This document shows, one piece after another, positions 40,282 to 50,570 of a stretch of 64,000 nt of DNA (position 1 is the stretch's first letter; every line of letters starts with the position of its first letter). The notes beneath the pieces were generated by a model. The model had not been told where the DNA came from and made no database searches. It was given only the letters and a program-made list of their open reading frames with translations. The stretch covers positions 80 through 64,079 of the forward strand of contig JAFDHO010000003.1 in the NCBI GenBank assembly GCA_019308745.1, given 5' to 3'. Source of the DNA: Deltaproteobacteria bacterium. Its GTDB lineage: Bacteria; Desulfobacterota; DSM-4660; Desulfatiglandales; HGW-15. The position numbers and the translations under genes are program-made.

Positions 40282-41589
40282 ATGAATATCTGTATCGTTG
40301 GAGTGGGCTATGTGGGTCTCGTGACCGGCACCTGTTTTGCCGAATTCGGCAACAACGTGATCTGTGTGGACAAGGACGAGGAAAAGATCGGGGCCCTCAA
40401 AGAGAATAACATTCCCATATTTGAACCGGGACTGGAGGAGATGGTCAGGCGGAATCAATCTGCGGGCAGGTTGCATTTTACCCTTGACGTGGCAGAGGCC
40501 GTCGAGAAGAGCCTCGTCATATTCATTGCCGTTGGGACGCCTTCAGATAGCTCGGGCTTTGCCAATCTGGAGTATGTGTACGCGGTAGCCAAGACCATAG
40601 GCGAACTCATGAAGGGGTATAAGATAATTGTCACCAAGAGCACGGTGCCTGTTGGGACCGGGAAGGAGATCAGGGAGATCGTGGCAAAGTACCAGAGGGA
40701 AAAGATCGCCTTTGACGTGGTGTCCAATCCTGAATTCCTGAGGGAGGGGTCTGCCATTGAGGATTTCCTCAGGCCCAACCGGGTTGTCATAGGGACGGAC
40801 AGCGAACAGGCAAAGGCCGTAATGAAAGATCTTTACTCTCCCCTCTATCTCATCGAGACACCGGTCATCATTACCAATGTCGAAACCGCGGAGATGATCA
40901 AGTACGCGTCCAATGCCTTCCTGGCGACAAAGATCTCTTTTATCAATGAAATGGCCAATATTTGCGAGCTGGTGGGGGCAGATGTCCACCAGGTGGCAAA
41001 GGGGATGGGCCTGGACGGGAGGATAGGCCCGAAGTTTCTGCATCCCGGGCCCGGGTACGGAGGGTCGTGTTTTCCGAAGGACACGAGGGCCATTGTCAGA
41101 CTGGCAGAGGCCCATGGATACCAGTTCAGGATTGTCAAATCGGTCATAGAGGTTAATGAAGAACAACACAAGAGAATGGTGGAAAAGGTGAAAAGGGTCC
41201 TGGGCGGACTGGAAGGCAAACTCCTGGGCATCCTGGGACTCACATTTAAACCCAACACGGATGACATCAGGGAGTCCCCCGCCATAAAGATCATAATGGA
41301 GCTACAAAAGGAAGGGGCACGGATCGCGGCCTTCGATCCTGCTGGCATGTCAAATGCCCAAAAGGTATTGCGAGAGGTCACATTTGTGGAAGACATTTAC
41401 GACGTGGCAGCCGGAGCCGACGCCCTGATGATTATCACGGAATGGAATCAGTTCAGGTTCCTGGACTGGGAGAAGTTGAAATCCCTTCTCAAATCCCCTA
41501 CGGTCATAGATTTGAGGAATATCTACGAACCCAGCAGGATGAAAGAGATGGGGTTTAATTACCACTGCGTCGGCAGATATCATGAGTAG
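40282..41589 (+). CDS. ugd: UDP-glucose 6-dehydrogenase
   Basis: GVGYVGL, KSTVPVGT, SNPEFLREG, GYGGSCFPKD and FKPNTDD.RE motifs. Confidence 0.95.
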   Translation: MNICIVGVGYVGLVTGTCFAEFGNNVICVDKDEEKIGALKENNIPIFEPGLEEMVRRNQSAGRLHFTLDVAEAVEKSLVIFIAVGTPSDSSGFANLEYVYAVAKTIGELMKGYKIIVTKSTVPVGTGKEIREIVAKYQREKIAFDVVSNPEFLREGSAIEDFLRPNRVVIGTDSEQAKAVMKDLYSPLYLIETPVIITNVETAEMIKYASNAFLATKISFINEMANICELVGADVHQVAKGMGLDGRIGPKFLHPGPGYGGSCFPKDTRAIVRLAEAHGYQFRIVKSVIEVNEEQHKRMVEKVKRVLGGLEGKLLGILGLTFKPNTDDIRESPAIKIIMELQKEGARIAAFDPAGMSNAQKVLREVTFVEDIYDVAAGADALMIITEWNQFRFLDWEKLKSLLKSPTVIDLRNIYEPSRMKEMGFNYHCVGRYHE

Positions 41590-42121
41590 TCCAAGGGAGG
41601 CCGGTGACGTTAAGCTGATCTCGAGCGTCTTTTCGGCACGGGAAGCACTGATTGATGCAACAATAGGACAGATGGAAAGGATCTTTGGACCTGCCGACTG
41701 GATCAGCCAGGTGCTTCCCTTTGACCGCACAAGATACTATGAGAGAGAAATGGGGTGGCCGCTTCTGCGGCGCTTTTTGTCCTTCAGAGACCTCATTAGG
41801 CCGGGGAGCCTTGTTGAAATCAAGTTGAAGACCAACGATCTCGAAGGGAAATACGCTCAAGGCAGCAAGAGGAGAGTCAACATTGATCCCGGGTATGTCA
41901 CCCTTGAAAGGTTGGTCTTGGCCACGGGGAAGAACTATACCCACCGCATATATCTTGCCAAAGGGATCTACGCGGATCTCACGCTCATCTTTCACAGGGG
42001 CTCTTTCATACCACTTCGATGGACCTACAAGGACTATGCAGATCCGAAGGTCATTGGGTACTTCAACCTGGTCCGCGAGCGTTACAAGCAACAAATGAAA
42101 GAAGTCGCAGGACAGGGCTAA
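41582..42121 (+). CDS. DUF4416 family protein
   Basis: YYEREMG..L.R, RRVNIDPGY, LATGKNY.HRIYL and WTY.DY motifs. Confidence 0.85.
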   Translation: MSSPREAGDVKLISSVFSAREALIDATIGQMERIFGPADWISQVLPFDRTRYYEREMGWPLLRRFLSFRDLIRPGSLVEIKLKTNDLEGKYAQGSKRRVNIDPGYVTLERLVLATGKNYTHRIYLAKGIYADLTLIFHRGSFIPLRWTYKDYADPKVIGYFNLVRERYKQQMKEVAGQG

Positions 42122-42157
42122 AACATTAGCGCCAATTCGAGGGGGGCGGATAAACTC

Positions 42158-43036
42158 ATGAAGAGCATGACAGCCTACGGTCGGGGTGAATGCGTCAAGG
42201 ACGACAGACGTTTCGTGGTAGAACTCAAGTCCGTGAACAATCGATATCGGGACATAATCATGAGAATCCCCAGATCGCTCCAGACAATGGAAGATGAGAT
42301 GAGATCACAGGTCGGCAAGAGGATAAAGCGCGGACGCATCGAGGTATTCATACAGGTGGAAAGAAACGGAGGCGAAGAGGAATATACCCTGGAACTCAAT
42401 GCGCCTCTTGTAAAGGCCTATATGGGAATCCTGAAGAGGCTCGCCGAGGAGTTCGGCCTCGAGCAAAGGCTCACCGCAGAATCCCTCATTCAGATGAAAG
42501 ACGTGATTCTTATGAAACCCCAGGAGGTTGATGCGGATTCGATTCGCCCCTGTCTACATGAAGCAATGGGCGGCGCCCTCGATTCCTATGAGGCTATGAG
42601 ATTGACGGAAGGGGAGGCGATCGAGTTAGACCTGCAAAGCAGATTGTGCCAGATTGAGGAGCACCTGGAGGAGATTGAAAGGATTGCGTCCCAGACCCAT
42701 GAGGAACATTGGAAGAGGTTGAAGGAGAAGATCAAGAGGATTTCGGAGGACATTGAGATTGATGAGAACAGGCTTCTTCAGGAAGTCGCCCTCCTGGCCG
42801 AGCGAGCGGATATTACCGAGGAAATCGTGAGGGCCAGAAGTCACCTGGACCAATTTCGCACGTACATGAAGGCAGAGGACGCCATCGGAAGGAGGTTGGA
42901 CTTCCTGATCCAGGAGATGAACAGGGAGGTGAACACCATGAGCTCGAAATCCTCCGAGGCATCCATCTCAATGAGGACGGTAGAGATCAAGTCAGAGCTG
43001 GAGAAGATCAGGGAACAGATACAAAATATCGAATGA
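42158..43036 (+). CDS. yicC: YicC/YloC family endoribonuclease
   Basis: [23 protein letters not shown] and [16 protein letters not shown] motifs. Confidence 0.93.
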   Translation: MKSMTAYGRGECVKDDRRFVVELKSVNNRYRDIIMRIPRSLQTMEDEMRSQVGKRIKRGRIEVFIQVERNGGEEEYTLELNAPLVKAYMGILKRLAEEFGLEQRLTAESLIQMKDVILMKPQEVDADSIRPCLHEAMGGALDSYEAMRLTEGEAIELDLQSRLCQIEEHLEEIERIASQTHEEHWKRLKEKIKRISEDIEIDENRLLQEVALLAERADITEEIVRARSHLDQFRTYMKAEDAIGRRLDFLIQEMNREVNTMSSKSSEASISMRTVEIKSELEKIREQIQNIE

Positions 43037-43050
43037 AAGGAGGCACGGGC

Positions 43051-43323
43051 ATGAACCAAAAGCTTGTAAACATCGGGTTTGGAAACTCGGTTGTTTCAAG
43101 AAGGGTGGTAGCCATCATATCTCCAAATGCGGCCCCCATCAAGCGCCTGAGAGATGAGGCCCGGGAAGATAAAAGGCTCATTGACGCAACCCAGGGCAGA
43201 AAGACGAGGTCCGTCATCATAACGGACAGCAATCATGTCATCCTTTCGGCGATTCAGTCAGAGACCATCGCCCAGCGGTTCAGCCCCGACTGCACACTCA
43301 GCAAAGAAGAGATAGAGGAGTAG
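43051..43323 (+). CDS. remA: RemA/DUF370 family regulator
   Basis: LVNIGFGN.V...RVVAI, APIKRL and [25 protein letters not shown] motifs. Confidence 0.9.
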   Translation: MNQKLVNIGFGNSVVSRRVVAIISPNAAPIKRLRDEAREDKRLIDATQGRKTRSVIITDSNHVILSAIQSETIAQRFSPDCTLSKEEIEE

Positions 43324-43325
43324 CC

Positions 43326-43949
43326 ATGGCTCCTCACATCTTTGTCATTTCCGGCCCTTCCGGTGTTGGCAAGTCCACGATCCTGAACAAAGTCATGGAA
43401 AGGGTAGCAGGCTTGGGATATACCGTGTCCCATACAAGCCGCCCACCGAGAAACAATGAAGTGGACGGAAAGCACTATCACTTCGTTTCCAGGGAGGAGT
43501 TCCGCAGGATGGTCGAGCAAGGGGCCTTTGTGGAATGGGCTCAGGTCTATGATGACTACTATGGGACTTCTATCAAGGAGGTCAAGGAGAAACTGGATAG
43601 GAAATTGGATGTGGTCATGGACATCGATCCCCAGGGTGCAAGGAATATCAGGGGGCATTTCAAAGGATCACTCCTGATATATGTGTTGCCGCCCTCTCTG
43701 GAGGAACTTGAAAGGCGGCTGAAGGGAAGGGCCACGGATGATAAGGATGTTATTGAGAGCAGGCTCGAAAGGGCCCTCAAGGAAATGGAGTCGTGCGCAT
43801 GGTACGATTTCATCGTATTTAACAGGGAGTTGGATGATTCGGTCCGCAAGGTAGAGTCCATCATTCTATCTGAGAGGTGTCGTTCGTCGCATCAGCTCCC
43901 GAGGGTTGAAGAGGTCTTCAAGATAAAGGTTCTTGAAGATGGGGAATGA
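43326..43949 (+). CDS. gmk: Guanylate kinase
   Basis: SGPSGVGKST, SHTSRPPR..EVDG..YHF, YYGT and DID.QGA motifs. Confidence 0.97.
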   Translation: MAPHIFVISGPSGVGKSTILNKVMERVAGLGYTVSHTSRPPRNNEVDGKHYHFVSREEFRRMVEQGAFVEWAQVYDDYYGTSIKEVKEKLDRKLDVVMDIDPQGARNIRGHFKGSLLIYVLPPSLEELERRLKGRATDDKDVIESRLERALKEMESCAWYDFIVFNRELDDSVRKVESIILSERCRSSHQLPRVEEVFKIKVLEDGE

Positions 43950-43989
43950 CCTTGGAAGACATGCGTGAAAAGGAATAGGGATATTGACG

Positions 43990-44778
43990 ATGGGCACAGC
44001 TCAATTTATTCCCGGCATCAACGCGGCCAGGGAGGCCCTCATTCAGGAACATGTCAAGATAAAGGAGGTTTTTGTCAGAGAGGGGAAAAGGGGGCCGCGG
44101 ACCGGGGAATTGATCAAACTGGCCACGGAGCGGGGCATCAAGGTCACGTTCGTCAGTGGGCGGGATCTCGATCAACTCATGCCAGCAGTAACCCACCAGG
44201 GCATCGTTGTCTCGGCGGAAGGATTCCAATACACATCCTTAAAAGAACTCGTGGATAAGGCCCTCCAAGTCCCCGGCTATGCCCTGCTTCTTGCCTCGGA
44301 TCACATCACGGATGAGGGAAACCTGGGTTCCCTGGTAAGGACCGGAGCATTTTTTGGTGCCCAGGGGCTGGTCTTGCCCAAGGACCGATCGGCGAAGATG
44401 ACAGGGACAGTCATCAAGAGATCTGCTGGCGGCTGGTTCACGCTACCCGTATCCAGGGTGGTAAACCTGGGGAGGGCCCTGGATGAGCTTGACAAGAGAG
44501 GGTTCTGGATAGTGGGAGCTTCTGTGGGTGGATCAGAGACGATCTATCAATTTGATTGGAACAGGAATGTGGCCCTGATTTTGGGGAATGAGGCCAAGGG
44601 GTTGAGTCGTTCCGTAGAGGAAAGATGCCATCAGTTGGTGGGCATACCCTCTGTCGGAAGGATGACTTCCCTCAACGTGTCCGTGGCCGCAGGGGTCATA
44701 CTATCAGAGATCATGAGGCAAAGACGTGTGTCCAAAGGTGAGGCTGGAGGGAGTTTTCACAGAGAGGAGAGAAGATGA
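43990..44778 (+). CDS. rlmB: 23S rRNA (Gm2251) methyltransferase RlmB (SPOUT/TrmH family)
   Basis: HQGI, ITD.GNLGS.VRT, LGNE.KG and SLNVSVAAG motifs. Confidence 0.85.
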   Translation: MGTAQFIPGINAAREALIQEHVKIKEVFVREGKRGPRTGELIKLATERGIKVTFVSGRDLDQLMPAVTHQGIVVSAEGFQYTSLKELVDKALQVPGYALLLASDHITDEGNLGSLVRTGAFFGAQGLVLPKDRSAKMTGTVIKRSAGGWFTLPVSRVVNLGRALDELDKRGFWIVGASVGGSETIYQFDWNRNVALILGNEAKGLSRSVEERCHQLVGIPSVGRMTSLNVSVAAGVILSEIMRQRRVSKGEAGGSFHREERR

Positions 44779-44985
44779 CTCGGAGGACATACGCTCCAAG
44801 GAGACTGATGTGTTCACTGGTTGTGGGTTGCCAGGCTCCTGGCGGTCATCATTGCAAGGAAGTAGGCAGCAGAGCCCTTGGCTTCTCAAACACACACAAA
44901 AGTGTATAGCTGTACTGGAGGTCCCTGAAAAACACCCTCTTTTTCTCGTTAGAGCAAAGCCCACGGAAGTAATGTTGGTTCGATG

Positions 44986-45651
44986 CTAGAGCCCATACCA
45001 TCTGACGAATTCCGCTTCCTCTCTCCTCTTGGACTTGTATGCGTTTACCGGTGCGTCAGGGTCAGGGTAGCCGACGGAAATAGCGATGATGATTTCGATT
45101 TCCTCTGGGATTGAGAGTTCTTCCTTTATGATATTTCCATAACGTGTCACTGAGGCCTGAGGGCATCCTCCCAAGCCTTGGGCCTCCAAGGACAAAAGGA
45201 TGCCGTGAACGAAGCTCCCAAGGTCATAAACGGACCAATAGGCCAAGGGCCCATGCATACCCACAAAAATGGCACAGGGGGCATCATAAAACCTGTAGTT
45301 CCTGAGACCGCTTTCACGGACCTTTCCCTCATCATCAGGGTCTATACCGATTGCCCTGAGTCGCAAGAGGGTATGCTCCTCCATCCTCTTAGACAGGGCT
45401 CCGGGCCACTCCTTGGGAGTCGGGAGGGCGGAGCTGGGCGTCTCCCCTGAGATCGCCGCCCGGGTGAGTCTTTCGGCGAGGCGGTCTCTTTTTTCCCCTG
45501 CCACGATGAAGACCTCCCATGGCTGGCTGTTCCTGTAAGAAGGGCTTCTATTTGCAGCCCCCATGACCTTTTTCAATACTGCCCTGTCAACATCTTTCTC
45601 CAAGAACGCTCGATAGCTCCTTCGGCCCTCTATACACTGGAAAAACTCCAT
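44986..45651 (-). CDS. Nitroreductase family protein
   Basis: RRSYRAF, SPS..NSQPW, FYDAP and GYPD motifs; AAGGAGG before ATG 45651. Confidence 0.9.
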   Translation of the reverse strand: MEFFQCIEGRRSYRAFLEKDVDRAVLKKVMGAANRSPSYRNSQPWEVFIVAGEKRDRLAERLTRAAISGETPSSALPTPKEWPGALSKRMEEHTLLRLRAIGIDPDDEGKVRESGLRNYRFYDAPCAIFVGMHGPLAYWSVYDLGSFVHGILLSLEAQGLGGCPQASVTRYGNIIKEELSIPEEIEIIIAISVGYPDPDAPVNAYKSKRREEAEFVRWYGL

Positions 45652-46056
45652 AACGACCTCCTTTAAGGCATTAATAACTGCTCTGCGCACGAATGGACGC
45701 CCCGGGTGTTCCTGCGGCTATTTTCCGGATTGGACTGTTGCTATCCGGTCAGGATTTAATAAACACGGGCATTTGCCAAAGGCTTGATCAACAGCAACAA
45801 CCAAGCGCTCTAGGGACTATTCGGCTCTGCAAAATCCCAATCTGAACATTCCCGGAATTAGGCGAACAACCGTATACCTAGCTCTGCCTCACCCTTGAGT
45901 CAACACTTTTGTCCCGGGTGGAGATGAAGAAGGGGGCTGAATATCCTCAGGAGGTGCGCGGGTCTTCCCTTGCTTTTTAAGGGTTTTGGATTGACAAAAT
46001 GCGGGCTTTGAAGATAAGGTGTCCTGAGATCAGGGAAAGTCAAAGGCCATGATCCC

Positions 46057-48099
46057 ATGAGCACCAGACCCCCAATCGACAAGACCCAGGATGCCCTGCC
46101 GGGCACAGTCAACGATTTCGTCCTCGCCCTTATGAGAGCGATCAACACCGGTCGTCTTTACGCCCCGGGACACGAGCTTCTTGCCCGTCACATCAAACTC
46201 TTGAACGGAGCCCTCCAAAAGGCCATGACGGGGCGCGATTCACTCTTTGTTGGTTTGGGGAGGGATGCGATCTTCTTTGAAGGGTCCTTTTACAAAGCCA
46301 AGGACCCGTCCCTCAGAAAGCTCCTGACCTTCTTCCATTTCCTGGGGATATCCTACCTGTTGATAGGGAAGAGGATCAGCAGCGAGGAGCTCGAGGCATT
46401 CGTAACAATCTTGGCCGGGGCCAAGAAGGGAGAAGGAAGAGATGTCGTGGTTGCCCTGGGACGTGAGAATGTAAAGAACGCCAGGATCGGTTTGCTCGAT
46501 TATGCAATCTTCTCCACTCTGCAGGAGATGGCGTCCCGCATGATCCAGGAAAAGGAAGACGAGGCCCTGTGGCTGCAGCTCATCCTCCAGCCCGCCGGGA
46601 GCGGTTCCTTTGATCTTAGCGAGGAACAGACCCAGTGGTTGATACTCCTCTGCGATGATCGAAAGGGACTCAGAGACATGTTCTTGAAATTGAATCAGGA
46701 TCTCGAAGGGATAAGCCTGAATCAAAGGGGCATACTCTTTAATAACTTTATCCACAATATAGGCAACATATTGTCCAGGGTGGACACGGCAAAAAGAAAG
46801 TCTTTCGCTGTCACCATGGTGGGAATACTGGACTCCCTGGGATCAAGGCTCAAGGTCCAAATCCTGGGATCCACGGATCCGGATGATTTCCTGGACAGGG
46901 AGAGCGACATCGTGGGTGAGGTGCTCGATGAGTTGAAGGACGACCAGTTTCTCGAGGTGCTCCAGGAGGCCGTCAGGGAGGTAGGCATCAGGTCGGCTGC
47001 TTTCAACAATCTGTTCAAGAGTGCCATCTCAAGGTACAGGGACCCGGACCTGCTGTTGGAATCGGTAAGGGCGAAAATCAGGCTCGCCGCTGAGCAGAGG
47101 GCCTCTCAAGACCTGGCTTACTGGCAGAACCTGGAACAGGTCCTCGTCAGACACAAGGAGACCGCTGAATTCCACGCCCGTTATCGGGATCAGATTGAAG
47201 GCCTTGCCGCATCCATCAGCATAAAAGGGCTTACGGTGGAGGACCAGGAGATCGATCGTCTGTTGAGGACCCTGGGAAGGGATTCCTTGAGAAGATCCAA
47301 GGCAGGACTCATCATCGATCTCATTAGTCAAGGCCATGAAGGTCTGGCCAAGAATCTCCTCCCACCGTTGCTTGACAGGCTAGGGGAACTCCTCGGCCAG
47401 TTGCTTGGAAAGAAGCAGTATGGGGTGGCAGGGGATTTGGTTAAAGACGTGTACCTTGCCTTAGGAGACTATCCCGAGGGCCACCCCATCAGGGAGAAAA
47501 CAGACTCCCTGCTAAGCAGTGAAGATGTCAAACCCTTATTCCACGGGCTGCTGGATCAATGCAACACCTATGATGCGAAGCAGACAGGTGCCCTAGATGC
47601 CCTCTGCCACCTATTCCCCCTGAAGGCCGGAGATCTTCTTACGGACCTTTTCCTCGGGCTGGATGATGATCAGGGAGATCAGGCCCGCTGGATACGGACT
47701 TCCCTGACCCGTCTTGGTCCCCAGTTGGGTAAACAGCTCATTCACAGGTTTGGAGAAGCCCGGGACCAGGATATCCCGCGGCTTCTCGACATTGTCATCC
47801 TCTGCGGTAGCCGTAACATGGTAGCGGAAGTGATCGGCTTTCTGCAACATCCTGCGCACGACGTCCGCCTCAAGGCAATTGAGGCCGCCGGCGCTTTGCG
47901 GGCGGAAGAAGCCGTCCCGTTGCTAAAGGAAACTGCCTTGCACAAGTCCTTCCTCAGGACCAAGAAGCAGAAATCCTTGCAGGCGGCTTCCGTGAATGCC
48001 CTGGCAGGAATCGGAACCGAAAGTGCAAGGAAGGTCCTTCGGCAGGTCATTGAGGAGGGTCCGAGGGATCTTAGATCCCTTTGCCAGGATCTTACCTGA
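46057..48099 (+). CDS. Large helical protein with C-terminal HEAT repeats
   Basis: 'LQHPAHDVRLKAIEAAGAL...AVPLL' and 'ALAGIGTESARKVL' HEAT/PBS-lyase-like repeats. Confidence 0.7.
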   Translation: MSTRPPIDKTQDALPGTVNDFVLALMRAINTGRLYAPGHELLARHIKLLNGALQKAMTGRDSLFVGLGRDAIFFEGSFYKAKDPSLRKLLTFFHFLGISYLLIGKRISSEELEAFVTILAGAKKGEGRDVVVALGRENVKNARIGLLDYAIFSTLQEMASRMIQEKEDEALWLQLILQPAGSGSFDLSEEQTQWLILLCDDRKGLRDMFLKLNQDLEGISLNQRGILFNNFIHNIGNILSRVDTAKRKSFAVTMVGILDSLGSRLKVQILGSTDPDDFLDRESDIVGEVLDELKDDQFLEVLQEAVREVGIRSAAFNNLFKSAISRYRDPDLLLESVRAKIRLAAEQRASQDLAYWQNLEQVLVRHKETAEFHARYRDQIEGLAASISIKGLTVEDQEIDRLLRTLGRDSLRRSKAGLIIDLISQGHEGLAKNLLPPLLDRLGELLGQLLGKKQYGVAGDLVKDVYLALGDYPEGHPIREKTDSLLSSEDVKPLFHGLLDQCNTYDAKQTGALDALCHLFPLKAGDLLTDLFLGLDDDQGDQARWIRTSLTRLGPQLGKQLIHRFGEARDQDIPRLLDIVILCGSRNMVAEVIGFLQHPAHDVRLKAIEAAGALRAEEAVPLLKETALHKSFLRTKKQKSLQAASVNALAGIGTESARKVLRQVIEEGPRDLRSLCQDLT

Positions 48100-48116
48100 T
48101 CAGCCAGGAGGCGTTC

Positions 48117-49319
48117 ATGGGCGTTCAGGAGAAAAAAGAAAGACTGCATTCCTTCTATCGGGATCTCTACTTCAGGTTGCTGCGCAGCATTCGCACCGTG
48201 GCACTCTACGGCGAAGACCATGCCGAATCCAAGAGGAGGGTCAAGGAATTCCTCGTACCGTTGAGCAGGTACCTGGTTCAAAGGCCGGCCCTAACAATCC
48301 TTTTCATGCACGGCGAGGTCGTCATAGAAAATATGCCTATTACGGAGCTGACCGATAGTCACATAAAGGTCGTCCGCCGCATGGAGGAGATGAAGCTTCA
48401 GCGGCTTCAGTTCCGCCGGGGCATAACGACAAAGGAACTCACTTTTTTCCTGAAGCTGATGGCGCCCCTTTTGAAGAACCCCGCCAATGGTGACCTCGTC
48501 CTTGCAAAGAACCAGCACAGGTTCCCGCACCTCCTGGCCGGAGCCCTGCCCTATGGGGACACGGCTCAAATCTCTCCGGAAGAGATCCCTGGGGGCGTGG
48601 AGTCAATGCGGCAGGCAGTGCTTTCACTGTCAGGGAGCCTCAAAGACATATTCAACGGTCTGGACGGGCCCCTTTCCGCCAGTAAGGTGTCCTTGGCAAA
48701 GGAGGCCACAGAAAGGCTGGAAGGAATGATCGAGCGCGACGAACTGCCCTTGAAAATGATCCTTTACAGGCGGAGCAGTGATCCTGATCCCTACATCCAT
48801 GCAATCAACGTTTCAGCCCTTTGTATGGCCCTTTCCAGGCAGCTGGACCTTGAGGAGTCCATCATAGAAGAAATGAGCCTCGGCGGTCTCCTGCATGACA
48901 TCGGCATGCATCTGACCCCTACTATCTCGCTGTCAAACAGCCAGGCCTTGAGTCTGGAAGAGAGGAAACGGCGGTGGGAACACCCGGTGCGCGGGGCTGA
49001 AATCCTCCTGGCCACCCCCGGTATGCCGGATTTACCCCCGATCATGGCCTATGAACATCACCTCCATTATGACGGCGGGGGATATCCGAGGAGGGTCAAA
49101 GGAAGGGATCTGACCCTGGCCGGCATGATTGCCTGTGTTGCCGATACCTATGACAATCTGCGGCGGAACCGCCCGACCCAGAAGGCCCTGCCAATGACCA
49201 GGGTCCTCGATTGGATGGACTCCCAGATTGGAAAGCGCTTCCACCCTATCGTCCTCAAGAGATTCCGATCCATGGTCAAGGATCTTTCAAAGGGGGAGGG
49301 GGAGATCAACAACCTTTGA
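48117..49319 (+). CDS. HD-GYP domain protein (putative cyclic dinucleotide phosphodiesterase)
   Basis: HAINV, LLHDIG, HPVRG, EHH..YDGGGYP and VADTYD motifs; AGGAGG before ATG 48117. Confidence 0.88.
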   Translation: MGVQEKKERLHSFYRDLYFRLLRSIRTVALYGEDHAESKRRVKEFLVPLSRYLVQRPALTILFMHGEVVIENMPITELTDSHIKVVRRMEEMKLQRLQFRRGITTKELTFFLKLMAPLLKNPANGDLVLAKNQHRFPHLLAGALPYGDTAQISPEEIPGGVESMRQAVLSLSGSLKDIFNGLDGPLSASKVSLAKEATERLEGMIERDELPLKMILYRRSSDPDPYIHAINVSALCMALSRQLDLEESIIEEMSLGGLLHDIGMHLTPTISLSNSQALSLEERKRRWEHPVRGAEILLATPGMPDLPPIMAYEHHLHYDGGGYPRRVKGRDLTLAGMIACVADTYDNLRRNRPTQKALPMTRVLDWMDSQIGKRFHPIVLKRFRSMVKDLSKGEGEINNL

Positions 49320-49391
49320 TATCCCCGCCCGGTCCGGAAAGAGAAATAACAGGGACAGGCCCTTCATATGATTTGGCTTTCCGGTCTCCAC

Positions 49392-49475
49392 TCGCCTTCG
49401 CCATTCCTCCCCGTGCGAAAGCACGGGGAGGAATGGCGGAAGGTGACCGCGACGTAGCCCGCAGGGCGAAGTCGG
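49392..49475. repeat. REP-like long perfect hairpin plus adjacent GTAGCCC-GCA-GGGCGAAG hairpin
   Basis: CGCCATTCCTCCCCGTGC-GAAA-GCACGGGGAGGAATGGCG: an 18-bp perfect stem at 49399-49438. Confidence 0.7.
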
Positions 49476-49539
49476 GCTGGCTTCGGCGCACTTCCGCTAG
49501 ACTCTGCCACAGATGCCCCGGCTTCTGCCCGGAGAGCTT

Positions 49540-49700
49540 TACTCCTTCGTTAATGATGATCGCCAGGACGGCCAGGACCACGATGCCCGCAAAAACCCCG
49601 GTCACATCAAACATGCCGGAAGCAAAGACAGTATAGAACCCCAGCCCCCCTGTGAGCTGGTCCCTTAAAGAGGAAAATGCGAGCCCGATTGCGGAAAAGG
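49540..49700 (-). pseudogene. C-terminal remnant of a NitT/TauT-type ABC permease
   Basis: GLGFY...ASGMFDVTGVFAGIVVLAVLAIIIN motif with no upstream body. Confidence 0.5.
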
Positions 49701-49792
49701 TTCGCGGCCTTGATCGCAGCGGTAAAATCTTCCCCATAAGAAACCCAGTGATAAAGTGCTATCCCGCCAAGGTGCTCCGAAGCCAAAATAGC

Positions 49793-49835
49793 TTGACAAT
49801 ATGTTTTAACTTGATATATTAACTCTATAGTTAAA
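49793..49835 (+). promoter_or_regulatory. Promoter and palindromic TetR operator
   Basis: TTGACA (49793), TGnTATATT (49812-20), overlapped by TTAACT-N4-AGTTAA (49819-34). Confidence 0.65.
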
Positions 49836-49867
49836 CAATCAGTAGCGTTTCTATGTGGCGGAAAGGC

Positions 49868-50503
49868 ATGGCAAAGAGATCACTCAAGGAAAGGAAGGCG
49901 GATACGATCAGGCGCATCAACGAGGCGGCCAAGGAGGTATTTGCGGAGGTCGGCTTTGAGGGGGCCAGGATCGACGAGATCGCAAAAAGGGCCGGCGTCA
50001 ACAAGGCGATGATATATTACCGAGGGGGGGACAAAGTATCCTTGTATGCCGGTATCATTCATGAAGTGTTTTCTGAAACCCTCGGGCGAATCGTCAAGGA
50101 GGTGGGTGAAGGCAAGGGGCCGGAGGATAAGCTGCGGACCTATATTCACAACCTCAGTATGACGGTGGAAAAGCACCCCTATGTTCCTTCAATCATGCTC
50201 AGGGAACTCGCCTCGGGGGCCACGAACCTCCCAAGCATAGCTCAGAAGGATATCGTTCGGCTCCTTGGGATCATAACAGAGATATTTGAAGAAGGGGCGA
50301 AGAGGGGGGGGTTCAGAAGGGCGAACCCCTTGATTGTTCATACGATGATCGTTGGGGGAATACTCCTTTTTAGCAGACTCCAGTCCGTCAGCCCAAAGAT
50401 TGGTGGCCTGCCCAAGAGAACGAAAGAACTGATCGGGACAGATTCTAAGGATGTGGCAGATAGGGTCACCGAACTCGTGCTCAGGGCGGTGAGGAGGGAC
50501 TAG
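49868..50503 (+). CDS. TetR/AcrR family regulator
   Basis: AAKEVFAEVGFEGARIDEIAKRAGVNKAMIYY helix-turn-helix. Confidence 0.93.
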   Translation: MAKRSLKERKADTIRRINEAAKEVFAEVGFEGARIDEIAKRAGVNKAMIYYRGGDKVSLYAGIIHEVFSETLGRIVKEVGEGKGPEDKLRTYIHNLSMTVEKHPYVPSIMLRELASGATNLPSIAQKDIVRLLGIITEIFEEGAKRGGFRRANPLIVHTMIVGGILLFSRLQSVSPKIGGLPKRTKELIGTDSKDVADRVTELVLRAVRRD

Positions 50504-50570
50504 CAAGGTCTCGACGGGCCAAATTCAAAGTGAGATGAGCAAGCACCACCAGCCAAAGGTTAAATGAATC

